A stretch of 64,000 nt of DNA from an uncultured Chloroflexia bacterium (lineage in GTDB: Bacteria > Chloroflexota > Anaerolineae > CG2-30-64-16), in the NCBI GenBank assembly GCA_963810095.1, contig CAWEMM010000012.1, positions 416,001-480,000 on the forward strand, in the 5' to 3' direction. Below the pieces are notes generated by a model. The model had not been told where the DNA came from. It ran no database searches and saw only the letters and a program-made list of their open reading frames with translations. Shown piece by piece: positions 60,035 to 64,000 of this stretch (position 1 is the first letter of the stretch; the number at the start of each line of letters is the position of its first letter). A program made the position numbers and the translations under genes.

Positions 60035-60120
60035 TTGCCCCGTCCCGGCCCTTGTGCTATACTCGCTATTGCAATTGCTCGCAATAACAATAAATTCGTA
60101 ATAGCGAGGGTTTCGCAATA
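60035..60120 (+). promoter_or_regulatory. Promoter and candidate Fur-family operator sites for the Ni/Co ECF operon
   Basis: TTGCCC-N17-TATACT with TG extension, followed by AT-rich TATTGCAATTGCTCGCAATA and TAGCGA-N5-TCGCAA inverted repeats. Confidence 0.55.
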
Positions 60121-60167
60121 AGTATCTATCGGAGAATTAGCTGGGGCCGGTCTCTGACTGTGCCCCG

Positions 60168-60216
60168 TCTGGCCGGTCTCGTACGCCAGCCAGGCTGGCG
60201 TACGAGACCGGCCAGA
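60168..60216. repeat. Perfect 49 bp palindrome in the leader of cbiM/nikM
   Basis: TCTGGCCGGTCTCGTACGCCAGCC-A-GGCTGGCGTACGAGACCGGCCAGA. Confidence 0.85.
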
Positions 60217-60270
60217 GCACTTTCGGATAGATTCTAAGCTCTGCCGGCTGTTTCCCCCAGGAGGTTGGCC

Positions 60271-61233
60271 ATGCCGTTTGCAAGCGTACAACCCATGCAC
60301 ATTCCCGACGGCTTCCTGTCCGTCGCGGTCTCCGTTGTCTTTTGGCTGCTCTCGATCCTGGCAGTGGCCTACGCGCTCCGCCGGCTGAACGCCGACCTCA
60401 ATGAGCGCAAGGTGCCGCTTATGGGCGTCCTGGCAGCAGCGATATTCGCCGGCCAGATGTTGAACTTCTCCGTTACCGGCGGCACCTCGGGCCACCTGAT
60501 GGGCGCGGCGATTGCCACCATCCTGCTCGGACCCTGGGCCGCCGTGCTCATCCTGACCGCAGTGGTCAGCATCCAGGCGCTGATCTTCCAGGACGGCGGC
60601 ATCCTGGCGCTCGGCGCGAACATCTTCAATATGGCCGTCGTTGGGGTCACCGTCGCCTACTTCACCTATCGCACCGCGCAGCGACTCGCGGGTGGAAGAA
60701 GGTGGGGGATCTTCGGAGGTGGCTTCGCCGCGGGCTGGCTGTCGATTTTCATTGCCGCGCTCGCGGTCGCACTGCAACTCGCGCTCTCGGGCACGTCGCC
60801 CGCCAATCTCGCCGTCCCGGCAATGGGTGCAATACACGCGCTGATCGGCGTCGGCGAGGGGTTGATTACGGTCGGCGCGCTGGCGTTCCTCTACACGGCC
60901 CGGCGCGACTTGGTCGTTCACGGTTCCGAAGGGGCGCCGGCCGGTAAGCTCATCTGGCTCGGCGGTCTCGTTCTGGCGCTCGGCCTCGCTGTCCTGGCGC
61001 CGCTCGCATCCTCGCACCCTGACGGCCTGGAGTGGGTTGCCGCGCAGAGCGGCTTCCTCGGCCTGCAGCGCGCGCCGTCGGGGGGTCTCCTGCAAGGCTA
61101 CATGCTGCCCGGAGTCTCGAACACCGCCGTCGCGACCATCCTGGCGGGCGCGATCGGCGTGCTGCTGGTCCTCGCGGTCGTAGTTGGCTTGGCGCTGGCC
61201 CGCCGGCGCCGGCCCGCAGAGAACGAGGCCTAG
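60271..61233 (+). CDS. cbiM: Ni/Co ECF transporter S component fused to a PDGLE domain (CbiM/NikMN)
   Basis: MHIPDGFL, FAGQMLNF...GGTSGHL, QALIFQDGG and C-terminal ASSHPDGLE. Confidence 0.92.
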   Translation: MPFASVQPMHIPDGFLSVAVSVVFWLLSILAVAYALRRLNADLNERKVPLMGVLAAAIFAGQMLNFSVTGGTSGHLMGAAIATILLGPWAAVLILTAVVSIQALIFQDGGILALGANIFNMAVVGVTVAYFTYRTAQRLAGGRRWGIFGGGFAAGWLSIFIAALAVALQLALSGTSPANLAVPAMGAIHALIGVGEGLITVGALAFLYTARRDLVVHGSEGAPAGKLIWLGGLVLALGLAVLAPLASSHPDGLEWVAAQSGFLGLQRAPSGGLLQGYMLPGVSNTAVATILAGAIGVLLVLAVVVGLALARRRRPAENEA

Positions 61234-61238
61234 GCGCC

Positions 61239-62039
61239 ATGCACGCCCATTTTCTCGATCCATTTCGTGAAGGCGCTTCGCCGGTGCACAGGCTCGACCC
61301 ACGGATCAAGCTGGTGCTCGCGGTGGCCTTCATCCTGACGGCCGCGCTGATCCACCCCGGCGCGTGGCCGGCGTACGTGCTGCTCTTCGCCGGGGCCTTC
61401 TCGATCATCCTGCTGTCAGAGCTGGGCGTCGGCTTTGTCTACAAACGGGCGGTGCTGGCCGCGCCGTTCGTCCTCGCGGCCCTGCCGCTGCTCTTCACCG
61501 TGCCCGGCGAGGCGTTGGCGACCTTCCACATTGGGCCCTGGACCCTGACGCTGACTCAGCCCGGGCTCGTCCGCTTCATCAGCGTTGCGCTGAAGTCATG
61601 GATCTCAGTCCAGATTGCGATTGTGCTGGCCTCCACGACCGCTTTCCCCGACCTGCTGGCGGCCATGCGAGCGCTCAGGATCCCGCGGCTCTTGGTGGCA
61701 GTCATCGGCCTGATGTGGCGCTACCTCTTCGTCCTTGTCGACGAGGTGATGCGCCTGATGCGGGCACGCGAGGCGCGTAGCGGCCATCCGGCCGTGCCTG
61801 CGGGACGAGTGGGTGGATCGCTTGCCTGGCGGGGAAAAGTCACGGGCGGCATGGCGGGCAACCTCATGCTCCGCTCGTTTGACCGCTCCGAGCGCATCTA
61901 TGCCGCAATGGCCAGCCGCGGCTACGACGGCGAGGTGCGCGGCCTGCCGCGTCCGGCCGTGCCCTCGCTGGCCTGGGTCGTACTGGCGGGGGGCCTGCTG
62001 TTTCTGATGCTGATCCTGCTGTTGGGGCTTGTCCTGTGA
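61239..62039 (+). CDS. cbiQ: Ni/Co ECF transporter T component
   Basis: SPVHRLDPR.KL, RYLFVL.DE..R...AREAR and RS.DRSERIY.AM.SRGY. Confidence 0.92.
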   Translation: MHAHFLDPFREGASPVHRLDPRIKLVLAVAFILTAALIHPGAWPAYVLLFAGAFSIILLSELGVGFVYKRAVLAAPFVLAALPLLFTVPGEALATFHIGPWTLTLTQPGLVRFISVALKSWISVQIAIVLASTTAFPDLLAAMRALRIPRLLVAVIGLMWRYLFVLVDEVMRLMRAREARSGHPAVPAGRVGGSLAWRGKVTGGMAGNLMLRSFDRSERIYAAMASRGYDGEVRGLPRPAVPSLAWVVLAGGLLFLMLILLLGLVL

Positions 62040-62156
62040 AGGTTGCGATCAAGGTTACGAAGGGAGCGGAGGCGGATTCGCGGCCAGGCGGCGCCTCTTT
62101 CGCTCTGGCAGGGCCTCTGAGTTCTCTGTGCCCTGGGTGGCAAAAAAAGGTCTCTG

Positions 62157-62870
62157 ATGCATCACACAGTTGAAGTCGAACACTTATCATTCGCCTATCC
62201 CGACGGGCATCCTGCCCTCCACGATGTCACGCTTTCCATCGCGCCCGGCGAGAAGGTGGCTCTGCTGGGACCGAATGGTGCGGGCAAGTCGACCTTAATC
62301 CTGCACCTGAACGGGATTCTGAAGACGCAGCAGGGCCGGGTGTGCGTGGCAGGTTTGGAAGTCACCGACAAGACGCTCGGCCGCGTGCGCGCCTCGGTCG
62401 GCCTGGTCTTCCAGAATCCCGACGACCAGCTTTTTTCGCCGACCGTCTTCGACGACGTCGCGTTTGGCCCGATTTACCAGGGGCTGAAGCCGCCGGACGT
62501 CCGCGCCCGGGTCGACGAGGCGCTGGCTGCCGTCCGCATGAGCGAGTACAAACACCGGGTGTCGCACCACCTCAGCACCGGGGAGAAGAAGCGGATCGCG
62601 ATTGCGACCGTGCTGTCGATGCAACCCGAGATCCTGGTGCTCGACGAGCCGACCGCCGGCCTCGATCCACGCGCCCGCCGCGGCCTGATCAACCTGATTC
62701 GGGAACTGCCGCAGACCATGCTCATCGCGACGCACGATATCCGCATGGTCGTGGAGCTCTTCGATCGCTCGGTTATCATGGATGGCGGGGAGGTGGTGGC
62801 CGACGGGCCTTCTGCTCGGATTCTCGCAGACGAGGCGCTGCTGGCGTGCCATGGGCTGGAGGTCTACTGA
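62157..62870 (+). CDS. cbiO: Ni/Co ECF transporter ATPase
   Basis: GPNGAGKST, FQNPDDQLF..TV.DDVAFGP, LSTGEKKR and LDEPTAGLD. Confidence 0.92.
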   Translation: MHHTVEVEHLSFAYPDGHPALHDVTLSIAPGEKVALLGPNGAGKSTLILHLNGILKTQQGRVCVAGLEVTDKTLGRVRASVGLVFQNPDDQLFSPTVFDDVAFGPIYQGLKPPDVRARVDEALAAVRMSEYKHRVSHHLSTGEKKRIAIATVLSMQPEILVLDEPTAGLDPRARRGLINLIRELPQTMLIATHDIRMVVELFDRSVIMDGGEVVADGPSARILADEALLACHGLEVY

Positions 62871-63301
62871 TGTCGTGCCAGGAGACCCTCTACCGTACGC
62901 TGCGTGAGAAAGGGATGCGCGTGACGCCCCAGCGCGAAATCGTGCTGTCGGTGCTCCATGACGTCGAAGATCATGCCGCGGTCGAGGAGATCTATCGCCG
63001 GGTCCAGATGCACAGCTCGGTCATGGACATTTCCACGGTCTACCGGACGCTCGAAATGCTCGGCGCGATGGGCATGCTCGACGTGCTGGACGGGGCGGAC
63101 GGCCAGCGCCGCTACGCGCTCCGTCACACCCACGACACGCACGTCCACCTGGTCTGCCAGGGCTGTGGCGCGGCGATCGAGGCCGACGTAAGGCCTGTCT
63201 CGGCGCTCGCAGCAACGCTGCGGGCCTCCTATGGCTTCGTTCTCGACGACCATCATCTGACACTCCCCGGGCGTTGTGCCGGCTGCTGCGCCGAAGCGTA
63301 A
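62870..63301 (+). CDS. Fur-family metalloregulator (Nur/Zur-like)
   Basis: RVTPQR..VL, STVYRTL..L, H.H..H.HLVCxxCG and G.CxxC; TGATG overlap with cbiO. Confidence 0.9.
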   Translation: MSCQETLYRTLREKGMRVTPQREIVLSVLHDVEDHAAVEEIYRRVQMHSSVMDISTVYRTLEMLGAMGMLDVLDGADGQRRYALRHTHDTHVHLVCQGCGAAIEADVRPVSALAATLRASYGFVLDDHHLTLPGRCAGCCAEA

Positions 63302-63317
63302 ACTGGACAGTACGCGC

Positions 63318-63345
63318 TGTGGGGCAAGCTGAAGCTCGCCCCACA
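63318..63345. repeat. REP-like palindrome (GTGGGGCAAG type) after the Fur-family gene
   Basis: TGTGGGGCAAGCT-GA-AGCTCGCCCCACA. Confidence 0.6.
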
Positions 63346-63425
63346 TGGATAGCGGCCATCGTTCCTCGTCGTTCATACTTAAGTTGCAGAGCGACCCAGT
63401 ACGTTCTCCTCTTCACAGGCTGCGG

Positions 63426-63453
63426 TTGACGTGTTAGAATTGTCAAGTATATT
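63426..63453 (+). promoter_or_regulatory. Putative promoter with an overlapping palindrome for the multicopper oxidase gene
   Basis: TTGACG-N16-TATATT, with TTGAC-N11-GTCAA inverted repeat. Confidence 0.45.
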
Positions 63454-63484
63454 GTGAGATTCCCCGCACTGGCCGAGGTACACG

Positions 63485-64000
63485 ATGAATACTGCACGTT
63501 CCACCAGCCGCCGAGGCTTCCTCAAGCTAGCAGGCGCCAGCTCTGCCGTGTTGCTGGCTCAATTGGCGGGCGATGCTCGGGGCCTGGATTCCATCGCTTA
63601 GGCCTCAGCCGGTGCAGCCCCTGCTGCGAACAACCAGGCCGCCGCCAGGAGTGTCGTCGTCGACATGGACGTCGCGCCCAAGAGCGCACAGGTCTTTGCC
63701 AAGGGCGGCGGCACGCAGGCACTAAGCTACCAGGTCACAAAGGTACAATCGGCCGACCCACAGTGGACCGTCACCAACATTCCCGGCAGCTACCTGGGGC
63801 CCATCCTGCGCGTCCGCAAGGGCGACCGGCTCCGCGTCAATGTCACAAATCGCTTGCCGGAAGACACGACGGTGCACTGGCACGGGCCTCACATCCCGTC
63901 TGACATGGACGGGCACCCGATGGACGCTATCGGCCCTGGCGCCACCCGCATGTACGAGTTCGACATCATCGACCGGGCCGCTCCACTCTGGTTCCACCCC
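63485..64000 (+). CDS. Tat-exported multicopper oxidase (CueO-like), 5' part only, with in-frame TAG at 63599-63601
   Basis: Manual translation gives SRRGFLK Tat motif, GSYLGPILRVRKGD, TTVHWHG, MDGHP and WFHP copper motifs. Confidence 0.85.

Noticed and set aside
60064-60270. Cobalamin or NiCo riboswitch before cbiM
   Set aside because: No B12 box or recognisable NiCo four-way junction. The structure is reported separately as unexplained.
63599-63601. Pyrrolysine or genome-wide TAG recoding
   Set aside because: TAG is the ordinary stop for many genes here (e.g. 2952, 6582, 43429, 61233), and no pyl genes are in the window.

Overview
High-GC bacterial chromosomal window, densely coding, with no rRNA, tRNA, CRISPR array or transposase that I can recognise. 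Gene content and style suggest Chloroflexota/Anaerolineae, but that is inference. From left to right it holds: a secreted double-META-domain protein (truncated at the edge); an ECF transporter with a PfkB kinase; two tandem degenerate PhcB-like methyltransferase genes; a serine hydroxymethyltransferase-GcvT fusion; an M24 peptidase; a self-contained methyltransferase + GH3 amide synthetase + membrane sensor kinase + hybrid kinase + NarL regulator operon; an ~18 kb LacI-linked sugar catabolism operon that embeds a corrinoid methyltransferase module; a BNR/sialidase-like secreted protein; panB with an unknown protein, an MFS transporter and a GHMP kinase; a PPi-dependent PFK; two tandem XRE-HTH/Hfq-like fusion genes downstream of amaP-scpB; a GT2/GT-C/YfhO glycosylation cluster with several single-base frameshifts; a Ni/Co ECF transporter with a Fur-family regulator; and the start of a Tat multicopper oxidase carrying an in-frame TAG. 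At least five families of short palindromic intergenic repeats are present. The best candidates for an undescribed system are the tandem HTH-Hfq pair (50301-51577), the GH3/methyltransferase/kinase signalling operon (15201-21615), and the B12-dependent module inside the sugar operon (26188-28845). All family calls come from motif recognition by eye; no database search was run.
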